From assembly GCF_009914755.1 (NCBI RefSeq), contig NC_060939.1: 64,000 nucleotides of DNA; one strand, given 5' to 3'. This stretch comes from the human T2T-CHM13v2.0 reference genome, Homo sapiens. A program made the translations under genes and the position numbers. Below, piece by piece: positions 1 to 26,865 of this stretch; within the stretch, counting starts at the first letter, position 1, and every line of letters starts with the position of its first letter. The notes under the pieces were generated by a model. It ran no database searches. It was not told the DNA's origin and was given only the letters and a program-made list of their open reading frames with translations.

Positions 1-259
1 GTGTGCATCCTGCCTGCTTTAAGACAGGCCTCAGCTCGTCTCAAATGAGAAATTAAAGAAGGTTGCAGGGAAGCTGGAAGCCCTGGCAGCTCAGAAATTC
101 TAGGAAGGCTGCAGGGGAGGGAGGAAAACCAGGTGTTTCAAAAATGGGTGGCCGTGGACACAAAAAGCCTCCTGGAAAAGGGGCTTCCCTCTGCAAGAGC
201 CTGCAAGTCTGCCCTGAATGCAACTCCATGAGGGCCTGCCAGCTCAGAGTGCCACTCAC

Positions 260-410
260 AGGGGTCCCGTGCGATGAAGTGTGCTCCTAGGGCGGGGTGC
301 ACGTTGCTGGGATTTGGAGTTGCCATTAGCTTGCTCTTGGCCATCTTGGTGTTGGCTTTGGCAAACTCTAGCCTCAGAGTCTGTGGATTTTCGGGATCAA
401 AGCGAATACC
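260..410 (-). CDS. RBPMS2: RBPMS2 coding exon 5 ([50 protein letters not shown] + 1 nt), 151 nt; gene continues beyond left edge
   Basis: Acceptor ...cttttctctacccatgtag| and donor CCT|GTGAGT (phase 1); overlaps ORF 138..344; end of RRM (LRLEFAK). Confidence 0.97.
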
Positions 411-690
411 CTACATGGGTAGAGAAAAGAAGAGAAAGGCTTACTCCGGGGGACCCAGAGTGTTAATGGCAGAGAGTAGAGAAGGGCGCCATAAACAAGC
501 TCGCCTCGAAGACCTGCCCACACGGTGGCTGAGGCAGAGGAAAGGCAGCTCAGGCCTTGAGTAATGGCCTTTGGCACAGACAGTGTCGCCAAGGACTCTG
601 CCCAGGGATGGCCGGGAAATAAGATACATCTGCACACCCACTGCCTAAGAGGGCTGTGAGTCAGAGAAGACCTGTTCTCCACATACTCAC

Positions 691-753
691 GTTCAGCGCA
701 TTCTTGGCCGCTTCTGCTCCTGCACGGCTGTCAAAGATCACAAAACCAACAGG
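691..753 (-). CDS. RBPMS2: RBPMS2 coding exon 4 ([21 protein letters not shown]), 63 nt, contains RNP1 (VGFVIF)
   Basis: Acceptor ...tctctttttcctactag| and donor AAC|GTGAGT; in frame. Confidence 0.97.
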
Positions 754-1267
754 CTAGTAGGAAAAAGAGAGAACACCCTTATATCTCTCCTAGCATTCCA
801 CCTCTCCCTCCAAAATAACAACAAAAAAAGAGTATCATCTATGTGGAAACAGTATTTGCCCTGCTGATGAGAATACAAAAGGAAAAAAAGCCCCCCAAAA
901 CTCCAGCCCACATCCTCCCTGTTCACTGGAACAGCAGTTTAACATGCACCAAAAGTCAAGTCTCCCTCCCCAGGAATATCCTGTGGGAAATGATGCCAAC
1001 AGAGCTTAATTCCACTGAATTAAACGTCGCCCTTTTAGTAAAAGTATTGTTTTTAATGCATGCAGATAACTAAAAGTAAGTCCCAGTGTTTTCCCCAGCA
1101 AGAAAGGGGACACCAATGTATCAAGGGCATGGGAAGACTCCGGTTCTATCAAGGAGCAATAGGTTGAAAACTGCTCCAACTTCATTTTCCCAAGGATCAG
1201 TCTAGACCCCAAATAGCCCCCAAAGGCTAGCGGGCCCTGGCCTCCTTGTATTAAAAGCTAGAGCTCA

Positions 1268-1325
1268 ATCGTGCCATTGCACTCCAGCCTGGGCAACAAG
1301 AGCAAAACTCCATCTCAAAAAAAAA
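1268..1325 (+). mobile_element. Severely 5'-truncated Alu (last ~50 nt plus tail) in RBPMS2 intron 3
   Basis: Perfect 15-bp TSD aaaagctagagctca (1253-1267, 1326-1340) at a TT|AAAA L1 endonuclease site. Confidence 0.9.
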
Positions 1326-1602
1326 AAAAGCTAGAGCTCAGCTAACTGCTTTACTGTCCTCAGCCAGCGGGGCTCCCAGATTCCTAAGAAACAGACAGGG
1401 AGGACCAGGAGCTGGCTGGGCTCAGATGGCCAGTGAAGAGACAGTGGGACCTACAGAGGCTGCTCTGTCAGAAACAGGACAACAGGGAGCGCAAGTCTGT
1501 ACCGCCAGATGCCTCTAGATTAGGGAAGGGTTAACGGGCCCTTGTTTGAAGCTCAGCAGCCGGTCTGGGCTGGGAGGAAGAAAACCCTAGGAGAGAAATT
1601 AC

Positions 1603-1641
1603 CTGTCTTGCAGTGAGCTTGATCAGGGACCCTTCATACCC
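1603..1641 (-). CDS. RBPMS2: RBPMS2 coding exon 3 (GYEGSLIKLTARQ), 39 nt
   Basis: Acceptor ...ctctctccgcag| and donor CAG|GTAATT; manual translation continues the RRM; not represented in the ORF track. Confidence 0.96.
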
Positions 1642-2017
1642 CTGCGGAGAGAGGTGGCTGTTACCGTGGAAGGTCAGAAGCGTATGTTGTGCTAGCCCAG
1701 CGCTGCCACCTCATCAGCCCCCGCGTTCCCCTGAGTCATTCTCACACCCTTCTCCCTGTCAACATCAACCCACCCTGACCTCCGCCACTGCCAAACGTCC
1801 ACCGCCCTGCGTTCTGAATCACGCGGTCTAGCACATAGGGTGGGCATCACGCGGCAGCACTCATCACTTCAGGCAGAAATTCCCATTTGCTCCACTAACT
1901 AGTAACCCGAGAGCACAGACCTTACCTTTTAAGTTTTCTCATCTGCAAACTGAAAAGGCTACACTGAATCTCAAAGATTCTTTATATAACCACATATATT
2001 TAAAGATTCTTACTGTT

Positions 2018-2615
<598 letters not shown>

Positions 2616-2822
2616 TTACTGTCTCCATTTAACTGGCGAGGAAACAGAGGCTCAGAAGGCAGCATGTGAATTCGCAGAACCAGGACACGGGCTGGACCTG
2701 CCCCCACAGCTTCTGCCACGCCTTCCCGCATCATCCTGCTGCCCTGCCCGACCCGAGATTCACTCCCGCTGCTTCTCCAGGGTCCCAGGCTCTACCCAGG
2801 GGGCGGCTGGGTCCTGACTCAC

Positions 2823-2900
2823 CTTGAACGGCCGGAAGAGCAAGTAGAGTTCTCTGGGTTTAATGTCCACAGGGAGGCCGCTGACAAACAGTGTCCGGAC
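2823..2900 (-). CDS. RBPMS2: RBPMS2 coding exon 2 ([26 protein letters not shown]), 78 nt, RRM start with RNP2 LFVSGL
   Basis: Acceptor ...ctctgtctccag| and donor AAG|GTGAGT; in frame with exon 1; RBPMS-family RRM sequence. Confidence 0.98.
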
Positions 2901-2995
2901 CTGGAGACAGAGACCAGTGATCAGGGCCAGGCTGCCCAAGACGGACAGGGATGACAACAGCGCTTCCTTCAGGCAGGCAACTGGAATCCTTCTAG

Positions 2996-4172
<1,177 letters not shown>

Positions 4173-5277
4173 TGATGCTGTGAATTTTGAGCATTGCCCC
4201 CAACATGGTTACAAGCCAGATCTAAACACTAGGTGTCCATCCTGTGACTGTAGCCACTGCTGCTATTTAAACGCTGCTGGCACCGGATGCTAAACTAGCA
4301 AGCCCTGATCAGCCAAAAATTGTGATGGGGAAGGGGAGACTTTCCATAGCTTACATCCATTCAAAACATTTTTTGAAACCGTGGCTTCCTGAATAATGAA
4401 AAATGTGAACAAGCAGAGCGTCCCTACACGCTTGACTCCTGCTCTGGGCCACATCTCCTCCTGCGAAGCCAAGCACAGGTCTTCTGAACTCACCGCTGCA
4501 GATTTTAGAAGTTCACATGCCTCACCCCATCACGCGGCCATTCTTGAAAGCATTAAGTTGCCCTACAGTGGGCCACATCCCCTTCTTGAGAGGTACCAAA
4601 GAACTTGCTCCGCTCTCTAGTGATGGCCCGCTGACCCCAGACAACAGCCTTTCTGAGACGATGGCTTTTATCAGTGGCTTGTCTCAGGAAGCTGGAGCAA
4701 TGTTAGGTAAAACTACACCCAATGCACCCAGAGAACTCAACAGAGCCAAGAATGTCAAAGGAAATCAGCCAGGATAGCTGCTGGTTACTGGTGTCACCAC
4801 TCCCACCCACGCAAGAATGACTCTCAGCCACGGTGAAGACAAACTTTGTCTCTTAAACTTTGACTCTCAGCCATGGTGAAGACAAACCTCACGTGAGCTT
4901 TTGCCAAGCCCATTCAGCAGAATCTCGGGCCGCTTGGGACGCATCTTCTCCCTTGGGACACGTCTTCCCCTCAGTAGAGGCACCACTATACCAGCCTCTG
5001 TGCCCGGGGTTGGGGTGATGGCACCTCACACCTCACAGCCCTGGCAGCTCATGTCCCACGGAGACACCACTCGAATCCTGCTTTGTTGTTGGCAGCATCT
5101 GGGGGTCTGGATAGCCAAGGATCCAGGATGGGTGAAACCGAGCTCCTGACCTGAGCCCAGCAGGCCTCTCTGCCCTTTGATGTAAGGGCCTTGAGGTGTG
5201 CGTGTGAATCCCCAAGCAGAAGTGACTTGTCCAAGGTCACATGGCTTGTTCTTTAAAGGCAGCAGACCTGGAACTCA

Positions 5278-6016
<739 letters not shown>

Positions 6017-7416
6017 AGAGGTGATGGGTGCTTTGGGTGCTGGGAAAGGACGACAGGACCCGAGCACCAAGCCCTCTGGGTAGCCCAGGGTCTGCCTCCA
6101 ACACCTCACCCCAGAGGATGGGCCAAGAGTGCAGCCACCAGCGTCCTGATGGAGGGACCTAGATCGGTACCACTCCCTTCTCTCCTCCCCTTCCTCCCCA
6201 GGAAAGCAGGACATGATTTGGGTCAAAGACCCAGACCAGAGCAGACCCACGGAAACCTCTGCTTCAGTTCTCCCCAGGGGCCACACATTTCACCCAGGCT
6301 AATTTTAAACCCTCCCTCAAATGGCTCCTTTCTGGCCAGACCTCCCCAGAGGCCTCTTAAATAGCAAGTTCTCAGCACAGAGTTTCCGCTTGGGGTAGGG
6401 TGGGGTGAGTGTAGGGGCTGTTTCCTTATCCTGGCTCAAGACTCGTTTCCAGCCAGGATTCCCTCTGGGTCCGATGACCCTTTTCCTCAGGGTTCCATCT
6501 TTCAGGTTCTATAGAGTCCAAAAGGCTACCCCACAGCTCCCATCCTGTCCCTGGCCACCTCTCAGGTGGTCAAGGCAGTCACGGATGAGCTGGTGGGCCC
6601 GTCTGCCTGAGCACAGATGCTCTGTGGGGAGCAGTCCGGGAGGCTAAATCACAGCAAGTGTGATTCCCAAACACCCGCCTTGGTTCCTACTAGATTCCAG
6701 CCACCCCAGCAGATGACATCTTAAAGCCCAGCCCCTTGTACAGACAGGGAGACTGAGACCCAGAAAGCCTTGGTGATTTGTCAACGGCACACAGCTGAGT
6801 TCACGGAGGAGCAGGGCTCCTGAGACCAGGCACCCTGACTCTGCTGTTTGTGAGGGCAGGGGGAGCGGCACAGGGCAGCCTCATCAGCGTCATGGGTGGG
6901 TAAGTGCTGCCATCCATCCACTCAGTATGACACTTGTTTAGGATGACAGCCACACCAGAGTGAGGAGGGCAGAAAAAGGGGAAACTGGCAAACCAGGAGC
7001 AGGGGAAGCGTGGGCTCCGCAGGCTGACCAGCCACATGTAGGGAGGAACAAGAGGTTCCAAAGCCGCCCAACACCTGCTTCCATCAAGCCCGCCCAGCCC
7101 ACCCACTCCAGGGCCCTGACAAGCGTCCACAAGGCTGCCTGCACTGCCCCCTCGGCTCACCCCTTCCTCACTCCTTAACTAAAGGTATCCAGCCTTCAGG
7201 TCTTTCCGGAGTCCTCAACTACCCTTTCCTTCCTCTGAAGCCCCACAGTGGCCGTTAGGACCCCTCGCCTTATAGTTCCCAGCAGTCTGAGGTACCCCTC
7301 ACCTTGACTACAGAAAGCCCTAGAGACAGGAACCAAGCCTCAAAACATTTCCATCTCCCAATGTCCCTAGAATCAGGTCTAAGCACTGGAGACCTCCCCC
7401 ATCTCTACACACCTCA

Positions 7417-13390
<5,974 letters not shown>

Positions 13391-13650
13391 GTCTTCAGCT
13401 CATGAACAAAGAGGACAGACACAGTATCTTGCAAAAGGTTGGGGTAGGTATGATGGTGATGGTGGCGATGGCAGGGGGGTGGGGGGTGGTCCCACTGGAT
13501 GATGCCACGGTGAATCCTACATGGTTACAGGCCAACGACGAGACTGACTGACAGACTGTCAACTCCCCACAGCTGAGTGTGAGTGGCCTTGTGCCTCACT
13601 AGCTATGGGGAGGTTGGGGATGGGTGGCTGGAGCAGGGCCCAGCCATCCC

Positions 13651-13779
13651 TACCAGCCCAGACCACAGAGCACACGAGCTGCAGCCTACATTTCTAAGTT
13701 TACGGCTTTCCTGTTATAAAGACACTGAGCACGTTTTCAGAATTTGCTGCCATCATCATCGCACCCAGATCTGATCTGG
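13651..13779 (-). ncRNA. MIR1272: MIR1272 annotated precursor (mature GAUGAUGAUGGCAGCAAAUUCUGAAA at 13735-13760), intron 1, sense to host
   Basis: Reverse complement matches my recollection of the 129-nt hsa-mir-1272 stem-loop (CCAGAUCAGAUCUGGGUGCGAUGAUG...GGGCUGGUA). Confidence 0.88.
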
Positions 13780-15898
13780 CTTCCCCAAGGGAAAGAGACC
13801 CCACTGAGAACCAGGACACTGCACTCAGGGTCCAGCTCAGAAGATACCCACTGACGAGATTCCAAACAAAAGACAAAGAACCTCAAAACAACGTCAGGAA
13901 GCCCAGGGTGAAGCCCCAGCCCTGTCACCAGCCATAGCAGGTGGCTTTGTGGCCTTCGCTTGTCAGCCTCAGCTACAGTAGAGTAGACTCGCCTCAGGTC
14001 CCGTCACACACTGACACTCTATGACACCAGGCGTTTTAAAGGGCAGTAGAATGCGACTGAGTCTCAGATAAGACTCAGCCACCATCCTCCATCTGCTCAG
14101 AGCTTCAGTGACTCCTTCTGCACACAAGGTGGCAAAGAAGTGGTGTGAACAGAGAAGAGAAGGGGACAAGATGGAAGTCAGGGGCCAGCCAGCTCTGGGC
14201 CCTAGACCGACCTGGGCCTGGGAACTTGAGGGGGGTCTCTGCAGAGGCAACGTTAGGGCTGCCGAACAGAAACGTCAGGGCAGTCATACCCTTGGTGTGG
14301 TCTTGGTCGCCGTAGTGGGTAGGGGGTGGGGGTGGGAGTGTTTTGGGGGATTGGGTCCTGCCTGGGCCCCGCGCTTAGGCTTGGCACCAGCAGGTTGCTC
14401 TTACGCCTCCCATAGGAAAGAAGGCCCTCTGAGTATGGCCACTTGACGTGAGGTGGATGGAATGTGGCGACATGGCCTGCAGACCCAGGACTTATAAGGC
14501 TCTGAATAAGGACACAGGGGAAGACAGCAAGCAGCACACAGCCAGACAGTGGATGTGAACCTAGATCCACACACTCCACAACATGTTTCCCATGCTTCCT
14601 GCAAGGAGCTCTGGGGTGGCTCAGCTACCCAGGCAAGGACGATGCCCAGATCCCCTTGCAAGAAGCCCCCATCTAGAGGACACTTGGCCCCAGAGTTTAC
14701 CAGTGTCACCACAGCCTCACCTAGTAAGGACAAGTCCCAGGTTCAGGTGGGATCTGGTGTTCTGCCTGCCCCTGCTATCCCTCTTGCCCCAAATCCCATG
14801 TTATCAGGGCCTGGCTATAAGGCCCCATCCTGGGCTGCACCTTGTAGTTTCATTCCTTTACACAAACCATCAGCATGCAAAGCTCATAGTCCTTTGAGCA
14901 ACAGGTAGAACAGGTATGGGGTCCCCATTTTACAGATGCAGAAGTCAGTCCAGGGATCAAGTGCCTGGCTGGCCAGTGGCAGAGCTGAGGCTTAAGTCCA
15001 AGTTGCCTGAAAAGTTTGGGGCTCTTCCTCATAATGTGCAATGTGTCCTAGACTTCCAATGGTGTGTGTGTGTAGGGGTGGGGGGAATAGAGACTGGGGG
15101 GAACTAAACCAGGGTGAAAAGTTATCTGAAAGGAGGGACAGGGCTGGGCAGGTATAAGAAGGCTTCAGGCCTCATTCTCCAAGCCACTTCCAGCCCCAGG
15201 AAGAGAAGCCTTAATGTCGTGGGAACACACCTGGTCAAAGCCTGTTGTGTGCACTTGACCTACACCTCATTTAGGGAACTAGACCAAACAGAGAATGAGC
15301 TGTGCTTGCAAACTCTGTGTCAGGGCAGGCTGGCTGAAGCGTGCCTTCCATCAGGATCCAGACAGAGCCAGGGGCCAGGACTTGGCTTTCAGGGGCAAAG
15401 TTCACTGGGCACCCCGGCATGGAAGCCTCCCAGGCCCACCCACCTCCTGCAGCCTTCTTGGTGCTGTGTGGCCAGCTAACACAGATCTACTGCCTGCCTG
15501 TGTGCCTGGCAAGGGTTGCAGTTGCCGCCACTGCCATACAATACCCTACAGAAGGGACTAGATTCAAGGCATTGGGCTAGAGGACCCCTACACCCCTCAC
15601 TGCCAGCTCCTAAATCAATACCTCCAACCCTTAAACCACATGATGCTATGCTGGCATGAACACACAGCCCCGAGCCCACCACACCTAGCCCATTACTTGA
15701 CGGAGGCGAATGAAACCTGACAGGAGAGATGTTTCCTAACATGATGCTCCTGTCAGGAGGGGGTTTCTGTTCAGAGGTAGAAGCTGCTTCTGCAACCTGC
15801 ATTCTGATTTGCAGCTCCCTGCCACAAACATAGCAGGACCCTCCATCCCAAGCTGTGCCCGGATGTATATGGCCACGACTGTACAGCAAGAACAAGAG

Positions 15899-21750
<5,852 letters not shown>

Positions 21751-22547
21751 TTAGTACAGCCTCTCCCTTAGATTACTTAGGCAGAGGGGACACATCCACA
21801 ATAACTCCCAGTGAGGAGGGGAACCTGACCTCCTACTGCTATATGCCTGGCAGGGCTTCTAGGTGAGTGCCCAGAAACAGAGAAGCCTCCATTCCCTCAT
21901 ATTCAAAAAAAGCCTGCAGACCAAGATGTCCCAGATGCTTTCAAATGCTATTGATGTTAAAGAAAAGGGAGGTGCCCAAATAGCACACTGGATCCAGGAA
22001 TTACCTCGCACTCATCTAGAGTGCCTTATCCCCCACCTCCCACACCCCCCTCCCCGTTCCATCCACACAAGTCTAAGCACCTGTTCACCCACATCTCAGG
22101 GAGGGCTGACCTCAAGCCACCCAGTGGTCCCAGGGCTCTGGCTGCTTCCTGACACCCCTCTGAGGACACATGATGGGCTCTAGGATACCAGGCCTGCAAG
22201 CAGCAGCCCTGTCCCAGCCACACTGGGATGAGGTGGAAGGGCAGGGAAGGGCAAAGCCCCTCAGGTCAAACTGTAGCCCCCTTAGCTGCCATTAACCCCT
22301 GCCTTTCTATAGCTTACCATTAAGCTGGCAAAAACTTTTTTAACTCTTAAGAAACTTATATCCTCCCTCAACCCAATAGTATAAATACCACTCTCCCCCT
22401 TCCAGGGGTGCCCCCCAGTTAAAAATTACTTTAACAATCTCCAAACTCTTCAAGTTGTATACACTAAATATACACCTTTATATATGCCAATCATACCTCA
22501 AAAAAGTGGTTTTTAAAAATTACTATAACTTAGTATCACCTCGTACC

Positions 22548-23420
<873 letters not shown>

Positions 23421-25989
23421 TTATGAAAGCAAGGTCTCCACTTTCAAAATAGAAATCACATTTACCCCTCTTCAGAGACATGGTAATTACCCAGTTATCC
23501 CTTGAGAATCACTAAGACAGGACATTTAGGTCTGAAGTTTGGCAGCACTGATACAGCCTGCCCCGGACAGGTTCATGTACTGTATTACCTCATGTCGTCC
23601 CCAGCTCCAGTCAAGACTTACCTGCAGGACAGCACAACCTCTAGACTGGGAGGGACATTCAGCTCCTCCCCTTAATTCCCTACTGCCCTCCTTAGCTTTC
23701 AAAGGGTATCAAAGCTTCGAACACATCTTCCCAAGTGGCAGAAAAATGCCAATTTTCCCGTAATACCACAGTCATTACTGCCCTAATTCCAAACTCTCAT
23801 TATGGCTGCACTGCCTGATATTGCTGCAATATAGCAAACTCCAGGTAGTTACCCAAACAAGCCATGTGGTTACACAAACCTACCTCCTCACTTATACATG
23901 CGACTCCCTCCTCTTGGAATGCCTTTTCCACCCCCACAGGTCTAACCTTGCTCCTCCTACTCACCCACATCTCAGGGAAGGCTGACCTCTAATCTCTCAG
24001 GAGCACCATGGTACCATGTGCTGATATGCCTTTATTTTATCTATCATTGCATTTCACCTACCACCACTTCCTGGCAAGTCCTTCCGACCTCCTAGGCTGA
24101 GAATTTTCACTTGTATCCTTAACCCCTGGGTCCAGAAAGAAAACTTAATGCGTATGACATGGATAAAGCCTATAGGTAAGGTAGTCAAGCAGGCAGAGTC
24201 AAGGCTATCCAAAGCAGTTCAGGACAAGCAACCTCACTGATAACTCCCAGAACCATGAAAAATACACTCCCTTCGCCAGTGACCCAGCGCCTTTAGGAAT
24301 TGAGGTCTTACGGCGTGCAGCAGCATTCCTTGGTTTCCTGGGCTTGCTCTCGCTAGTCTCCAAGAGTTGACTGGGAAGAAGCCACCTGTGTCAGCCATGG
24401 GAGTAAACCACTGCTAACGCTGATTCTCCAGATGGTTGCTCTTAGGGGCTGCAGAACTGACTGCTTAGGGAGCATCTAAACTACAGGGAGGATTCCAGTT
24501 CCAGCCTACACCACCAATCCAAGATGGAGCCACCAGCACAGGGGCTCATGGCCCACTATTCAGAAGACTAGGCCAGGGCTTGGGGAATAACCCTTTCCCT
24601 TACCAGACCAGACAGACACTGGGCTCCAGGAGACCCTCAGAACCCTTTGTTCTGGACCTCTGCTAAACGCGAGCCCACCATGCCCTTTTCCAAGTGCGCT
24701 GATTTGGAACCACCATAGGGCCGCAGGCCATCTCAACTCCCAAGGAGGAATAGTAGGGATTCCACTTTTTGAGAATCCTGCCCTCTTTCCCAGAAAAGGT
24801 ACTTAGAAAGGAGTGGCTAAAACCTCAAATGCTTTTTTCAAGACTTAGAATGGCCACATGGGTCACCCTTCTCACCCAACAGCAGTGGGTCTGAGGGTTT
24901 GCCCAGTACCAGCCTCTTGGGCAGTGTGAAGTCCCCACTGAAGTAGACCCTTTAGCAGAAGTGGGGTTCTGGGTCCCCATCCAGCTTTATAGGAGACATG
25001 CTCTCCCCCAGTTTCAGCCCACAGCAGGGGGCCAAGCAGAGACTCCAAGTACGCTAGCAACCCTGTCACCCTCCCCAGCTGTCAAGGGAGATTCTAACAG
25101 CCAGGTAGAGTCAGGATGGGGGCAAGATCCCCAAAGCCAAGGGCCTTTTGGCATCAAGGTACAAGGAGGGCAAGGCCTCTGGAGCCCAAACAAATCCACC
25201 ACACTTAAGTCATTAGTGGACAGATGTCACAGTTGTATATTCTTCCCTTCCCCTTCCGCCAAAAAGTGGAGATCCAAACCTAGATTGTCATCGACTGGGG
25301 CTGGCTGAAGGTCTCTGAATAGCCGAGTGGGAGCTGGCGGCGCTGAGCCCAGCCCAGCCGAGGGCCACCGGCGCCATTCTGCACCAACCCCCAGCACAAG
25401 GGGAGGAGGCAACACCAGTCCACACCAGGGGCTCTGCGGTTTCTCCCCCAGGCCAAGGGGAAGGGCGCCCAAGGTGGATAACCAGCCCTTGGTTTCCTGG
25501 GCGAGAACATGCCAGGGCAGGGGCAGGAAGGGTCTCTCACCCCTAGAATGACGCAGCAGAGGCCAGAGGCCCTGCGAAGCCTGTCCCCTTCTACTCCAGT
25601 TCTTGTCTCCGCCAGCCTAGCTCCTCGTCCCTATTCACTGATATCTTTGAGGCTTTTATCCAGCACCCCACCCCGCACACACATCCTCCCTACCATCCAT
25701 TAACCACCCAGCTGCTGGTGGTTCCACGGAGCCGCCTTACACTCCCTCCCTTTCGCACATGGCCGGTGGACGAGATGATTTCGCCCCTCCTGGCAGGATC
25801 CCACCCAGGCCAGCTTTGGGGTCCTGGCTTGGTTGCCAGGACAAACCCAGAGAGAGGAGAAGGACGAACTGAGTGTCTTTAGTCATCTTCCAAACTAAAT
25901 TGTGGGCTCACCTCTGCCAAAGCCCAGGTTCTGGGGCTGTGAAGAAAGCCCGCCCACCCCCATGACAACAGCTCGCAGGAACCGAGGAG

Positions 25990-26015
25990 CCGGCCGGCCG
26001 GCCGGCCGGCCGGCC
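25990..26015. repeat. (CCGG)6 self-complementary tetranucleotide repeat
   Basis: ccggccggccggccggccggccggcc read directly. Confidence 0.95.
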
Positions 26016-26504
26016 CAGGCCTCCAAGGTCACGGGGAGGGGGTCAGGGCGGAAAAGGCAGTGGAGTGAGGGTGCCGCCCTCGGGCCGTGCTAATCCCGCT
26101 CCGCTCCGTGCCGCCGAGGCGCGGTCCTGGCCACGCAGGAGGTGCGCCTCGGAGGAGGGCGGCGAGCGGCTACGGGGTGGGGAGCAAGGGGCGCGCGGGC
26201 GGCAGGCATGGAACGGACGCGGCGCATCTCGCCCACCGCGGGACGCCCGGACGGCGGCCGGCGCGCGCGGCCCGCCTCGAGCCCGAGAGGGCGGGGAGAC
26301 AATGCCTGTCCGGCGGGGCAGTCCAGGCCGCACGCTCCCGCCCGCGGACACGGGCCGCTCCTACCCGGGCGAGAGGGCAGCGGCGGGAAGGCGCCGGGAG
26401 CGATGGCCACCCCGGCCCCGCGAGGCGCGGCAGGCCCCGCTCGCCCTCTCCCGCGCCCGCCTGGCGTGCGCTTCACCCGGCAAGTCCCGGGGCCACAGAC
26501 CCAC

Positions 26505-26591
26505 CTCCTCCTCCAGGGCGCCGCCGGAGCCCGCGCCGGAGCCGGTGCCGGTGCTGCCGCCGTGCTCGCCGTCCGGCTTCAGGTTGCTCAT
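26505..26591 (-). CDS. RBPMS2: RBPMS2 coding exon 1 ([29 protein letters not shown]), 87 nt
   Basis: ATG at 26591-26589 in context cgcaccATGA (A at -3); recognisable RBPMS2 N-terminus; ends GAG|GTGGGT (phase 0 donor); lies in CpG island. Confidence 0.97.
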
Positions 26592-26865
26592 GGTGCGGGG
26601 GAGGGGGCGGCGGGAAGGAACGCGAGGGCGAGCGCGGCGCCGGCCCCGCGGGAAGTGGGAAGGGGCGCGGGGAGCGGTGCGCTCGCGGGTGCGGAGCGGG
26701 TGGCGGGGGACCCACGGGGCAGTGAGAGGGGCAGCCTCCGCGTCGGGCCAGGGTCACATCAAGTTTGGCGGGTGCGGAAGGTGGGGAGGGGGTGCGGCGG
26801 GGGAGGCAGTGGGAGCCGGAGGGGCCGCCGCCTCCGCCTTTTCACTGCGACCGGCGAGTGCGCCC

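Noticed and set aside
2760-2957. ORF track's 65-aa ORF as a standalone gene
   Set aside because: Only 2823-2900 is exonic; the flanks are intron read-through bounded by canonical splice sites
25018-25034. Second CTCF-like word (acagcagggggcc), and a similar one at ~2793-2805
   Set aside because: Two or more mismatches at informative positions; not supportable from sequence alone
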